A DNA stretch of 64,000 nt from positions 62,001-126,000 of the forward strand of contig JBBPEE010000035.1 in NCBI GenBank assembly GCA_039096935.1. Direction: 5' to 3'. The notes beneath the pieces are model-generated. The model saw only the letters and a program-made list of their open reading frames with translations. It ran no database searches and was not told the DNA's origin. The position numbers were made by a program, and so were the translations under genes. Positions 1-12,000 of the stretch are shown piece after piece. Every line of letters begins with the position of its first letter. Within the stretch, counting starts at the first letter, position 1. The DNA is from Blastocystis sp. ATCC 50177/Nand II. Its lineage: Eukaryota.

Positions 1-307
1 ACGCTGTCGAGGACGGAAACGGACACAGTGCCGCTGTGCCTGGACTGCACGACGGTGTTCGCCTCATATCCTTCTGCCTTCCTCTGTCTCTCCTTCACTG
101 CACCGTAAAGGAGATTGCGGAGACAACTCTTCGCCGTCGCCGTGGAGGATGTGCGCGACCTTCTGTTTAACTGTACGCCAGACAGGGCGGCGTGACGTGC
201 AGGCACCATCGACCGACGCTTGATCTACCCGAATCTGCTGAAGCGGCTGGGGGGCGAGTTGGCGAAGTGTGCAGACGTCATTTACAATGTGCTGGCCCGT
301 GTTGACT
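1..307 (+). CDS. 3' end of a hypothetical gene truncated by the window edge; stop probably completed by polyadenylation
   Basis: 30-nt intron at 173-202. The last exon reads ...IYPNLLKRLGGELAKCADVIYNVLARVD, followed by T307, 4 nt, then TGTTTGCC (312-319). Confidence 0.6.
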
Positions 308-311
308 GTTC

Positions 312-326
312 TGTTTGCCACAAACA
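312..326. terminator. Back-to-back 3'-processing elements (TGTTTG-CCA-CAAACA)
   Basis: The motif is present on both strands, each copy 4 nt after an in-frame T. Confidence 0.7.
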
Positions 327-330
327 CACG

Positions 331-1694
331 ACAAGTCCTTGCGTTCGTTCAGGCGCCGCTGCACAAGGTGGTTGGTCCACAGGAGGAGAGAGAAGGCGCA
401 GAAGCACAGGGGAACGAGAACAGGGAGACACCTCCACCCGAAGGTCCGAATCACCCAGTCCACGGGGAGACCCGAGAAGACGCTTCCGAAGGGCGACATG
501 AGACCGTTCAGGCTGATGACCGTGCTGGCGAGCCGCGCGTCCACGCTCTCCATGGCGATGAGCTCGCTGAAGGAGAAGGGGATGTAGAGGAAGAAGCCCA
601 GCAGGAGGCACAGCAGGAGGAAGGCGAGCGGCGAGGAGGCCCACGGCAGCGCGGCAAAGACAATGCCCGCCAGGATGGACGCCGCCTCGCAGATGTGCGC
701 ACGGGAGAGATGGTAGGCGTCCGACACATAGCCTAGTCGTGAGGGCGAAAAGAGGGGGCCACCACACCACAGTGTGCCCAGAATGCCGCCGATCTCGATG
801 TAGCTGATGGCGGAGGGGACGTGGCTGCGAGTGAGGGGAGAGGAGACGGACGGGAGGACGGAAGGGGCGTGGAGGAGTCGCGGAAACACCAGCAACCACT
901 CGCTGGTTGAAGGTGCTCTGCGGGTCATGGGGAGGGAGAAGTGCAACAATGAACACAGCGCCCAGAAGAAGCGAGAGGGAGAGAAGGGACTGGCATGACG
1001 ATTTGCCCTCAGACTCCTCCTCCTTGGAATCGAGTGATGCATAGGACATCTAGAGAGAACGGGTGGTTGGAAGGAATGACTTCGTCAGGCCGTTTCGAGG
1101 GATAGAGAGAATAGGAGGCAAATGCATTGCACAGGTTTGCAATGCTTAGCACATAAAAGATGGAGCTCGGATTCCCGTGGACAGCCCGCGAAAGCGTGTT
1201 GCAGAGAATGGTCCCGATGGAACTGCAGCAGCAAATCACCGACCAGTAGAATCCGCGCACTATGCCTCAGTAAGGAGAAGAGGGGGTACAATTATCTGGA
1301 AGCCACTGCTTGAAGACAATGCATAGGATCGGCCACAACGTTCCCATACACGCGTAGCCCACTACCCAGAGAGCGAAGAAATAGAGTAGTTTCCCGTTGT
1401 AGAGGAAGATGCCAGTCCTTCCAACGAGCAGAGGATTCCGACCATGCCGAAGAGAAGAGTGTACATCCGAAACAGGTTTCCCTTCACCACATGACTCGTG
1501 ATGAACTTGCTCAGCCCATACACGATAAAGGCCGTCGTATTCATCAGGGTATAGTTGGACTGCGTGAAGAACCCTCTCTGGATGAAATGCGGAGCGCATT
1601 CTCCCAGCGCCCTCCGAACCCTATTCCAACCCGTGCAGGACATAAAGAGAGGGAGGAGGATGTGGCCGAAGTAGAAGGAGCGCGATTCCTTCAT
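331..1694 (-). CDS. MFS transporter, organophosphate:Pi antiporter (GlpT/UhpC/SLC37)-like, multi-exon
   Basis: Hydrophobic spliced exons (YGLSKFITSHVV, YIEIGGILGTLWC|GYVSD, LPVDWVIRTFGW) separated by about 30-nt introns. Ends NERKDL + T331 + CGTG + TGTTTGTG. Confidence 0.75.
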
Positions 1695-2054
1695 GGGTTG
1701 GGAATGGAAATGAAGTCTCGTTTGTTGAATGGATTCGGGTTGTATCCTCTTCAAAGTGTTATTTGTGAATAGATTGGGTGAAGACGGTCAATCACTAGGG
1801 AGATAGCGACTCTGTGGCAGCTGCATGTGGCTACATCGTTGGAGTTGCATTGGACGAGGAAGCGATTCCCAAGGAATGGTTGGCGCATTTCGAACTGAAG
1901 ACCATTCTTGCCTTCCAAGCGGAGAAGCTGCTTTCTCTTGTTCAGTGATGTTTTTGTTGTTACTCTCTTTTCACATATTCATCCAGATTGACTTCCCTAT
2001 CTGGAGAGGAATGAAACCCTCTCATCCCTATAATCCCTTTCAAACAAACACACC

Positions 2055-5000
2055 AAACCTTCACAGTCTTGGTAGAAGTCTTCTTGGCAGCAGCAGTCTT
2101 GACAGCCTTGCCCTTCACTCCTCCCACAGCCTTCTTCTTGTGCGTCTTCATCGCCAACAGCACCACCACGGCGATAATCACAACCACAACCATAACCACC
2201 ACGATCACCACAACAGACACGCAGACGCCCGACTCGTCTTCTGCCACTCGCCATCCTTCGCACCCAACACACACACTGCTCTCGTCTGCGTGCCCACATA
2301 ACTGCCCTGCTACGACGCACTCATACACCGCCACCTCATCCACGGGCGTTCTCTCGAACACATCCTCCGGCTGGCAGTAGCCCTTGCGCACGTTAATCAT
2401 CACCGTCACGTACGTCTCGCCCTGCGGGTTCTTCGGCCACGCACCGTGAACGCCGTCGTCCTCCATGCTCCGGCAATGGGCTTGCCGGTAATCTCGCCCG
2501 TCTTCTCGTTCAGCATCAGACCCTCAGGCAGCGGCGTGCTCTCCTGCATGTAGAACTCCGTGATGATGTTCCGGTAGCTCGGCTTGCCGCTGCTCACCTC
2601 CGTGTTCAGCACGAACTCCATGTTGGTGTTCTCGTATCCTCAGATCTCGCCGGCAGCTTGTACTCGCACTCGTCGTTCTTCACCTCGCCCAGCTTGCGGT
2701 TCGACACACTTTCGGTACGAGTAACCGCGGAAAGCCCTCAGCGCACTTGCCGCGGGAGAGATCTGACCCTCGCCCACCGAAGGATAGTTGCCAATGTCGG
2801 GACACGTGCCGGTGCCGGCGGGCTTGCAGTACTGGAACACGTTCGCGTTCAGGATATATTGGCGCGGAGGCCGAAGCAGTCCACGTCGATCGCGTAGCGT
2901 CTTGAAACCTGCGATGTAACTAGCAATGCCGGCAGGCCTCAGCGCCAGGCACGTACGGTCCTTCGTCTCCCGAATGTGTCCGTTAACCGCCAGTACGCTC
3001 GTGTACTCCTCGTCCTGCGCAGGTAGCGCGCGTATAGACGGAGAAAGCCGTAGCTGCAGCGTACGCCGTTGTTACCGACATGCATGGCGAAACTGTTGAA
3101 CTTGGAGCCCTCCAGGTTCTCCACCGTCCACGCGAGGTAGGAGCCCACGTCGTTGGACAGGGTGCCGTAGATCGTCGGGTTCAAATCGAACAAGTCCTCC
3201 TTCGTGCAGCCAGTTCGTCACGGGGCTGGTTTCAATGGAGGAGAAGGTGTCCAGCACCACGGAACAGTCGTTCACGGCGAACACACCCGTCGCGTCGAAC
3301 ACAATGGGAGATTGATCGGCAGCGCGGTGCACTTCGAAGGCCATCACGTTCTTTCCGGTGATAGCATTTTCAGTCGAGAGAATCACGTGGAACTTGGAGA
3401 ACACGGAAGCATCGTGAACCGTCATGGCCTCACTGTGCTCTTATCAAACTCATCCTCCAGGTTGAAGCGCGCCACCAGTCTGCCATTGAAATAGACTGCC
3501 AGACCGCCCGTGTACTTCACACGCACGTTCAGCACGTGATAGTCCCTCAGCGACGGCACCTGTACCACGTGGCGGATATAGGCGGTTGTCGCCATGTGGT
3601 TACCCATTGCCGCAGCCTTTACCGTCTGCCATTCTCCATCATCAAAGCCCACCGCCTTCCAATTCTCTCCCACCTCTCCCTCGTTGTTGTACAGCTTCCA
3701 GTCCGAATAGTTGATCTGGAAGGGGATCAGAGAGGAGAAGGAGGTAGACACGGAGGCCACGCTCTTCGGAATCTGGCCCACGTCAATGATCATCGCACCC
3801 TGGTCCACCGTCAGCCACCAGCCCGCGGGGCCCTTCCAACCATCCCTCTGCGAGTCTAGCACCTCCACCGTGTAGATGTCGTAGGGCACGCAGAAGTCGC
3901 CGTAGTTCAGACCACTCGTCACCTTGAAGCCGTTGGTACTCTGAATCACCTGACCGGTCGTGCCGCGGTCATGGTACAGCTTGTACGAACCCTCATGAGG
4001 CCAGTTATCCGTGCGCGCCACCAGCGTGATCAGACCCTTCGTGCCTGTGCAAATCTCCACGGACAGCGTGATCGTGGCAGTCGAAGAACCGCCGCCCACC
4101 TTCTTAGCGGTGATGGAGTAGGTCGTGGCGGGCATCTCCGCATTGGCCGTGCCCGAGATCTTTCCAGTCAGGGAGTCAATCACAATGCCAGCGGGCAGTG
4201 CGGGCGTGACGGTAAAGTCGAAGTAGTACTCGGAATTGGGGTACACCTCACCCATCTCCACGTCCTTGTTGATCACGATGGGCGTTGAGTAGGTCAGTTC
4301 GGGCACGGTCGCGGGGATTAGGTCCATCGCTATATCGATGGCACTGATTCTCCAAGAACAAACCGCTTCATTGCCCGTCCCAAAGTTCTCGAAGCGGTAC
4401 TGGTTGAAGGGCTTGTTGTTCTCCACCCAGATGCGCTTGTGCTCGCCCACCAGCGACCACGTCATGCCCGTCACATTCTTCAGCGTCGTCCACGCCTCCA
4501 GGTTGTTGTTGCGCGCCTTCAGCACGAACTGTCTCGGCTGGCGCACGCCCTGCGTGTACTGCAGGTACAGCGTCACGGATGAAATCCACTCGCGACGGTT
4601 GTTCTCGAAGGTGAGGGTCCAGAAGTTCTCGCCACACGTCTTCTGCGCCATGTAGCGGGAGGAGTCGAAGTTCGCCAGCAGCGCGGGGAAGCCCTCCATC
4701 AGCGAGTGGGTGACGGCGTAGTCGAACACGCGCGAGCCCCCCAGCGCCAGCCGCACCGCGCAGTCGAACACGGAGGTGGTTTGCGAAGCCGTCTGTGCCA
4801 CAATCGCGATGGCGATGGTGTTCGTTCCCTCCTGCAAATAGGTCACGGACTCCACACCCATCACCTTCACGGGCAGCGAAATCTGACGGTACAGCAAATC
4901 CGTGTAGGCGTTCAGACCCACCGACGAGGAGCTCAAGTCGCCACTCACACCGTTGCGGAACACCTCCACGTTGTTCAGATAGATCACACAGCCATACAAA

Positions 5001-6800
5001 TAGCGAAGCGACATCACGAAGCCCGCCACACCCTCCAGCGACGCCACACTGAACGTCTTCTTGTACAGCTGGATCTGATTGGAAGATGCGGGGAAAGCGC
5101 TCATCACAGCGCTCTCCCAGCCAGCATCCGTCTGCCAGCCGTCGTCCACGCTCCCCATCTTGTACTGCCACGCGCTCTGCGGCGCGACGGGCCACTGCGC
5201 GTTGATCTCGCGCTCCGCGGGCAGGCCCAGGTGCATCTCGTAGCGCACGCGCGCGATCGTCTCCTGCTCCTCGCCCAGCAGCCCGGCGCGCACGAACAGG
5301 AAGGACTGCTCGTACCAGTTCAGACTGCCGCTGCTCACGCTCACCACGTACCGCGCGTTCGTCACGCACAGCGTCGCGCTCCAGTCCTGGTTGTTGCTCT
5401 GCCCGCCGTTCAGCGCCACGCTCAGCACCACCTGCTGCGTCGCCACGTCCCTCAGCGAGAAGGCCTCGTCCGCCGCCAGCTCCTTGTACGTGCGCAGCAC
5501 CGACAGCAGCGTGCCCGCGCAGGCCATCACCTCCAGCGTGAAGGTGCCCGAGATGCTCAGGCCGCTCATCTGCGAGGTGACGGTGAACACGGTGCTGCTC
5601 AGCGCCGCCGTCGCCTTGCCGCTCACCACGCAGCTCGCCGCGTCCAGACGCAGTCCCGCGGGCAGCGCGGGCTGGATGGAGCAGTCGGAGAACTCGTTCA
5701 CGTCGGGAGCGATGCGGAGTTGCTGGCTGTTGGCGTAGACGGAGTAGGAGGAGGGACTGAACTGGATGGTGGTCGGCATCTGCGTGTTGCAGGTCATCGG
5801 CTGCATCTCCACGAGCAAGAAGTACGGCGCGCCGGCGACGGAGGTCAGATGCAGGCGGAAGGTCTGGTAGGCGGCCGCGTGGAAGTAGCTGGGGAAGCGT
5901 CGGTATGTATTCACCTCGTACTGCAGGTTCGCTCTGGAGAGGATCGGCGCGAAGGCGCTGCTGCCCGAACGACCCTCCAGCGAGAAGGCGCCCACACTGG
6001 CGGCGGGCTCGGCGGAGGGCCACACGCGCAGACTGTTCAGGAAGAGGCGCGGACCGCTCGGCTGCAGCGTCACGGTGATGGGGAAGTCTTCCAGCGACGC
6101 CTCCAGCGCGCTCTCCTTGGTGAAGTCGAACAGGGCCGCGGGCGTGTTGCCCTTCGGCGAGGCGATGCTCACAGCGTAGGGGTAGATGAAGCAGGGCTCG
6201 CCCTCGGCGGAGGGGGTGGAGGAGGCCACTACCGCCACGTAGGCGTCGAAGGTGATGGCGTGGGTGCTCAGCGGGGCGGAGAAGTGCAGCCGTTAAGGAA
6301 GAGAAGTGCAGCCGTTCAGGAAGAGAAGTGCAGCCGTTAAGGAAGAGAAGTGCAGCCGTTAAGGAAGAGAAGTGCAGCCGTTAAGGAAGAGAAGTGCAGC
6401 CGTTACGGAAGAGAAGTGCAGCTCCACGGCCAGCACGTTGGGACTCGCGGCAGACACCTCCGAGGCGGGACGGATCACGCCGTGAAAAGCGGGGGTGGCA
6501 AAACTGCCGGAGGACGGAGTGGAGGGCGTAATGACGCCGGACTCCGGGGCGGGCATGTGCTCACGGAACACCTCCTTGCCGTTGATGTGGGCGATGATGC
6601 CGTACTCGAACTGGAACTGGATCTCGTAAGCCGCCATGTTTGCGACGCCGTTGAACTGCTTGCGGAAGTACTGCGAGCCTCTCGGCTGCATCGTGACAGA
6701 CTCGGGAACGGCAACATTCCAGTTGGAGTCGTCAAAAGCGGTTTGCGTCCACTCCAAAGCGATCGTGGTTGTAGAGTCGAAAAATCTCCACTCCTGCGCC
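2055..6800 (-). pseudogene. Large type I surface protein with putative Ig (He_PIG-like) and jelly-roll repeats, C-terminal TM helix and Lys-rich tail; 5'-truncated and disrupted
   Basis: 938-aa ORF (3422-6238) with PALPAGL/I...G.ISG repeats. TM segment VVVIVVVMVVVVIIAVVVLLA and tail KKTSTKTVKV. In-frame TAA inside a 22-nt array at 6359, and frameshifts at about 2400-3425. Confidence 0.75.
6279..6422. repeat. Tandem array, 6 x 22 bp (GAGAAGTGCAGCCGTTAAGGAA)
   Basis: Units start at 6279, 6301, 6323, 6345, 6367 and 6389, with a partial unit at 6411. Confidence 0.95.
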
Positions 6801-7559
6801 TTGTGAAGGGAATCATTCAGTAGTTCAGTGTGCAGTAGAAGGAGTGCATGGTATTGTTGCAGTCGTGGACCTCCATATACAGGGGACTGTCCTGGATGCT
6901 TTCGTTCCAGATATTGTAGGAGAAGACGCGGTTCAACGCCGGGACACTCATCACGCGCATCTTGCATTCAAACACGAATGTTGCCACACATTCACACGAA
7001 ATTGGAATATAGGACTCCATTACAGTAGGATAATGCTGGAACACGTCGAAAACGCAACGCAGTTGCTCCCTCTCTCAAATCAATGCACTCACAGGTCCAG
7101 TATACAAAGTATCACTCTTCAAAGAAAGCAATCAACAAAACAGCACCTCTCTTCCCTTCTTCACGAATCCAACACTACTTTCAAGCAACAACATACCCAT
7201 TTCATCAACCACAGTATAGACATTCTAGAATGCATAACATATCACTTATATTCTCTGAAATAGTCTTCAGAAAGAGACAATTGCGCTCCCACAGATTCCC
7301 CACCAACGAATACCCAAATTCTTGGGATTCGTGGTTACTGAGAGAAATGACTAGAAGCACCACACAGCATTCATTTCACTTGCTTAAAGAGAAAACAACC
7401 CATCAACCAAAATCGCTTCCATTTCTGGACAGTTTCTCTCTCGGCTTGACTTTGACTCCATTTGAACACCCCAACAATCCATTTGTACAAATATCGAATT
7501 GTCAATTTGCCGTTGTGTGATTCATGAGCCTATTTGTATGCTCTGTGTGATAGAATGCT

Positions 7560-8230
7560 CCTTTGTTGAACAAACACTCATCTTGTTGCAGGAAAACGAT
7601 ACTAGCCTTCAGCGTCATAGTATGAGTGGGACCATCACAGATGCTGTTGGCGGTACAAGGATAAGGTGTCTGACCTGCCAGACAAGTTTCCAAAGTGATT
7701 CAGTTTCCCCCAAAAGAGGTCCAAGTCTGCATGCGCTCCAACGAGACGAAGCAATAACCTTCCCTCCAAAGGCGGAACAAGTGCTTTTGCAAACCCGTCG
7801 TGTTCGCAAGCCTTTTCCCGGTGGTCTGTTCGCAATGGACGGGACACTATGCAGATGCACAGAGAAAGGACGGCGAAATGACTTCTTCTGCAGGAAGGGC
7901 TACCTGTGTATCAATGTACAGCTAGACAGCAGAAACAGGACGGTTACGTTTGAGACCCCATGGAACCGGCTGAACGTCAGGAGCATGCTGCGGTCCTCAA
8001 CATCGTGGCATCTGGGGATGAGAAGGCAGTGAAGATGCTTCTCGAGAGTTGCGACCCAGAAGGAAGGCGGAAGTTAAGGACACTCCAAGAGTTGATCACC
8101 TTCCTGGGCAAGACGAGGGGATGACATCCAACTCCCTACCCCACGAGCATTGCAGAGGAGGTGTTCTTGCGAAGCCTTCTAAATGCCATAACCATGTCGA
8201 CAGAAGAGAACTCTTGCATTCCTCACGTTT
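7560..8230 (+). mobile_element. Degenerate PIF/Harbinger (HARBI1/DDE_Tnp_4-like) transposase
   Basis: The ORF reads AITFPPKAEQ...PFPGGLFAMDGT...FFCRKGYLCINVQLD...W. This matches the Harbinger pattern I.FP..E...FPG.IGAIDGTH...NRKG.HSINVQ. The first catalytic Asp would be at 7838-7840; the downstream part is decayed. Confidence 0.65.
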
Positions 8231-9150
8231 GTGAAATGCAAGAGGAGCTTGAAAGGAGGAAGAAGAACGGTACAAGACAGAGGAAGAGATCGTCAAAGCG
8301 GGGCAGCGGCGCAGAGGAGTCTCCTTCACAAGCCAACGGTGGAGAAGGGATATACCCGGATCACCCTTGGGCAACACCTTCTTTCTCCAGTACCGGATCT
8401 ACGCCGATCATGGTTTGCACAAGTACCGGTGTTCACGAATAGGCGTCATTACTACTCTAGTGGACACTGCAAATGCAGCGCAGTACTATCTTCCCCCAAT
8501 GCGGCTCTGGCCTTGTCCAACAAGAACCGGATAAAGCGCTTGGATGAGGCGAAAGGACAGCTAATGGCCTTCTACAAGAAGCAAGGGCAAAAGGCCAATA
8601 AGATCGCGAGAGAGCATATCCGGGACAAGATGGAGAGTATCTCCTCTGGCTATCAAAGCCGTTTGAGCGTCTTGGAAAGGGTACTAGTGCACAGGATTAC
8701 TGACATGTAGGAAATCCCAAACCCTGAGGCAGCCAGCAGTGATCTGTGGCGGGAGCTTGAAGCGGCGTATCCGGAGTAAAAACATCAGAGAACGGTACTC
8801 AAATCCCGCGTGGAGATACTGTCGCACGATCCGAGTACGGGACTGACGCTATTCAAGGGCGAGTCGGCAGAAATCGCCTACAACAAGCAGATGAAGGACC
8901 AGTTCATGAAGTTGATGGCAAAGCGGGCCAGTAATGCCGTTAGGAAGAGTGCAGCAAGCTGTATAAGGATGGGTTTGATGACTACGCACAAGAGATGGTC
9001 CACAGCAAGGAATCCTGTTTCATGGCGGATACAGTCCATAAACAGTGGCGTAAATGGGCAGAAGCCATCACAGCATCTGCTTCGGAGAACATAGATGCAG
9101 AACAACAGAGGAGCGAAGCCAATCGTCAGTACCGTCAGCGGTACAATAGT
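8231..9150 (+). pseudogene. Spliced, basic and helical hypothetical gene with an in-frame stop; possibly the second ORF of the Harbinger element
   Basis: Canonical 30-nt introns at 8413-8442 and 8681-8710 join ORFs 8231-8710 and 8810-9094. In-frame TAA at about 8777. Confidence 0.4.
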
Positions 9151-10146
9151 ACTGACAAGTATCCTCAGGGGAAGAAGTGTGAGGATCGATTGGTCTTCTA
9201 CTCCTTTCACTTCGATGGTGTGTGCACCTCCTTTTGGGGGAGTGGCACAACAGTTGAAGTGGTCTCCCTCCAGATCATGAATACCCCAGAAGCAAATCGA
9301 GCCGACTGAGGATTCTGCTGCTTCGTTGGAGTGTTCAGAAGAGAATAGGGGTCGATTCAACCCTACATTCCTGCCTTTCACACGATTCTTCAGGAGATTG
9401 TTGTGTCTGGATTGATTGGAAGATACTACTTGTATGGTGGATTGTACTTGCATGTGCGATGGGATTGAGTGCGGATTCAAAAGCACATGAAGAATTGATT
9501 GGAATTCCGGGCAAGCAAGTGAGTAATATCCCATCTCTTTACTCTGACTTGAGGAGAGTTGTGCTGAATCCAGCTACTTGCTGGTATGACACACCAGGAT
9601 AGTAGTTGACCCCAAGAGTCGATGTTATCTTGCACAGAGTCTGTGTGGAATACTCTGGATCCTTGTTCATTCTCGCGCTTTTGGAACACTGCGAGTTGCA
9701 AGGGTAATGAGGGTTTTGGAAGGTATGGCGGATGATAAGGGGAAGAGAGAGATTGATGATGAATGCGTTTTGTCATGGCGATCTGGGATGGAAGCCGGTG
9801 ACTATTCCGGAGGTCATGAGTGTTGTGATGTACTGGAGAACAATCATGGAGGCGGATGCTGTAGTGAGAAGAGCAGCACCTTTCCGTCCCTATCCATGGC
9901 ACTCGAGCACCTCCAGCCTGAGAAGCAGAAGGAAAGGAGCGCGATTGAGCCAATCATCAGGATCCTCAGCGATTTCATACACGACGGAGGAGATGCTTCA
10001 AATAACAAATGATAGACTGTTGAATCGCGAAAGACTCCAATCGTGACACTTTCCAACTGCGCCTTTGAGCATGCAATACCGTTCAATTCTTCTCTTGTGC
10101 CGCTTCTAGTAGCTAGCCACCTTCATCACCACACTGCATCCAATCA

Positions 10147-11300
10147 TCACCGCAACACTTTCACAGCCTTCTTCTCATAACCCTTCGCCTTGCGGGTTCT
10201 TCTCACCACCAGCACCACTATCACCACCAGAATCAGAATGACAATGCCGATCACAGACACACAGTTACCGGAAGCCTTCTCCCACACGCCGTCCTTCTCA
10301 CCCAGCACACATCCTCTCTTCTGCGTGCCCACGTAGCTTCCCTGCTCAGAGCACTGGCACACAGCCACGCTCTCGAGCACACCCTCCGACGGGCACGGAC
10401 CCTTCCTCACGCGGATCGAGATCACCACCACCTTAACACCCTTCGGGTTCTTGCCCACCACCACCAGGTCCGTCACCTCCATTTCCGCCGTCGCCTTGCC
10501 CGTGATCTCGTCCGTCTGCGCATTCAGCGTGAAGCCCTCCGGCAATGGCGTGTCCTCCTGCATCGCGAACTCCGTGATGATGGTCCGGTACGACGGAATG
10601 CCCAGCACGAACACCCTGTTGTTGTTCTCGTACTGCAGGCGGTCCGGCACCTTGTACTCGCACTTGGCCATCTTCACCTCGCCCAGCACACCATTGTGGC
10701 ACTCTCTGTACGCATAACCGCGGAAGCCCTCGGGACAGCCGGCAGGAGAAATCTCACCCTCGCCCACGGACGGGTACTCGCCCATCGCGGGATAGGAGCC
10801 CGTGCTCGACGACTTGCAGAACTGCAGCATGTACGCGTTCGTCACCAATTAGTCGCCACGGCGTCCACCTCGAACGTCAACTGCTTGAAGCCCGCCACGC
10901 CCACGGGCACGGGTCACGCCGTGCGCTGACGCTCCAGCAGCGTCGGGTCGGTCATGAACAGCATGCTCGTGGACTCGTCCACGCTCTCGTAGCGCCCGTA
11001 CACCGAGAAGCCGTAGCACTGCGCAGACTCGCCCGTGTGCAGCGCGAAGCTGTTGAACTTCGAGCCCTCCAGGTTCTCCACCGTCCACGCCAGGTACGAG
11101 CCCACCTCGTTCGGGATGGAGCCGAACAGCGTCGGGTTCAGGCTCAGCAGGTCCTCCTTGTTGCTCATGGCGTCCACGGCAGAGTAGCTGTCCAGCACCG
11201 GCGAGCACTCGTTCACGTCGAACACAATCTCGCTCTCTGGCATTGCGGTGCACCTCAAACGCCATCACGTTCTTGCCGGCCACGGCGCCCTCGAATCCGT
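10147..11300 (-). pseudogene. Second, truncated copy of the Ig-like surface protein family (C-terminal part)
   Basis: Shares peptides with 2055-3425 (GSYLAWTVENLEGSKFNSFA, YPSVGEGEISPA, TM helix + KKAVKV). Contains deletions and frameshifts. Confidence 0.85.
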
Positions 11301-11902
11301 CTGTAGAGTCACCGTATCAAGCCTCCACGCACATGCAGATGGGTAGCCCGTGATAATGCTCTCCAGAGAGTATCGACTATACGGCATAACGCTTTCCAAC
11401 GTAAAAGAACACACCGTTAGAATGAATGACTTCCTCCTTCTCATACCACCATTCCATATGCCCATGCAAATCCCAAACGAGTAGCAACCGCATACAGCAA
11501 TTCCATTCCATCCAATCCACTCTTCTCTTCAACATGAACACACACGAAGGGATCTAATGATTCCCTACTTGTATACCAGTTCCCATAGCCTTCGACATGT
11601 ATCACGTTACACAGAACGGGCGATAATGCACTCCTTCACAAGAGCACTACAGAGAAAGAGAACCCTTCTTTCACTCGCATATAATACATGCCCAATTCCA
11701 AGGCACGCAATCAACTCGTATAGAAACCCAGCAACAGCAAATCACCACCCTGAGTCAACCAGGATGTATGCCCATCATCGCAGAAGCACCCTCCACTTCC
11801 AGATGCAGTATACATAACATTGAAGTCATTCTCTTTCTTCTTCTGTCATTCTTCACACACCCTGCTGAACGCCAAGTGACATGTAAAACAAACAATCACA
11901 AG

Positions 11903-12000
11903 TCAAACCTTCACAGCTTTGGTAGTCTTCTTCGTCTGTGTCTGAATCGCAGCCTTCCCCTTCACGCCTCCAACCAACTTGCTCTTTCTCGTTCTCTGGA
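11903..12000 (-). pseudogene. Third remnant of the Ig-like surface protein family (cytoplasmic tail only)
   Basis: Reads VGGVKGKAAIQTQTKKTTKAVKV-TGA, compared with VGGVKGKAVKTAAAKKTSTKTVKV in the first copy. Confidence 0.75.

Noticed and set aside
6267..6406. The 22-bp array as an intron (GTAACG donor present on the minus strand)
   Set aside because: There is no AG in the array, and the nearest AG gives 140 nt, which breaks the frame.
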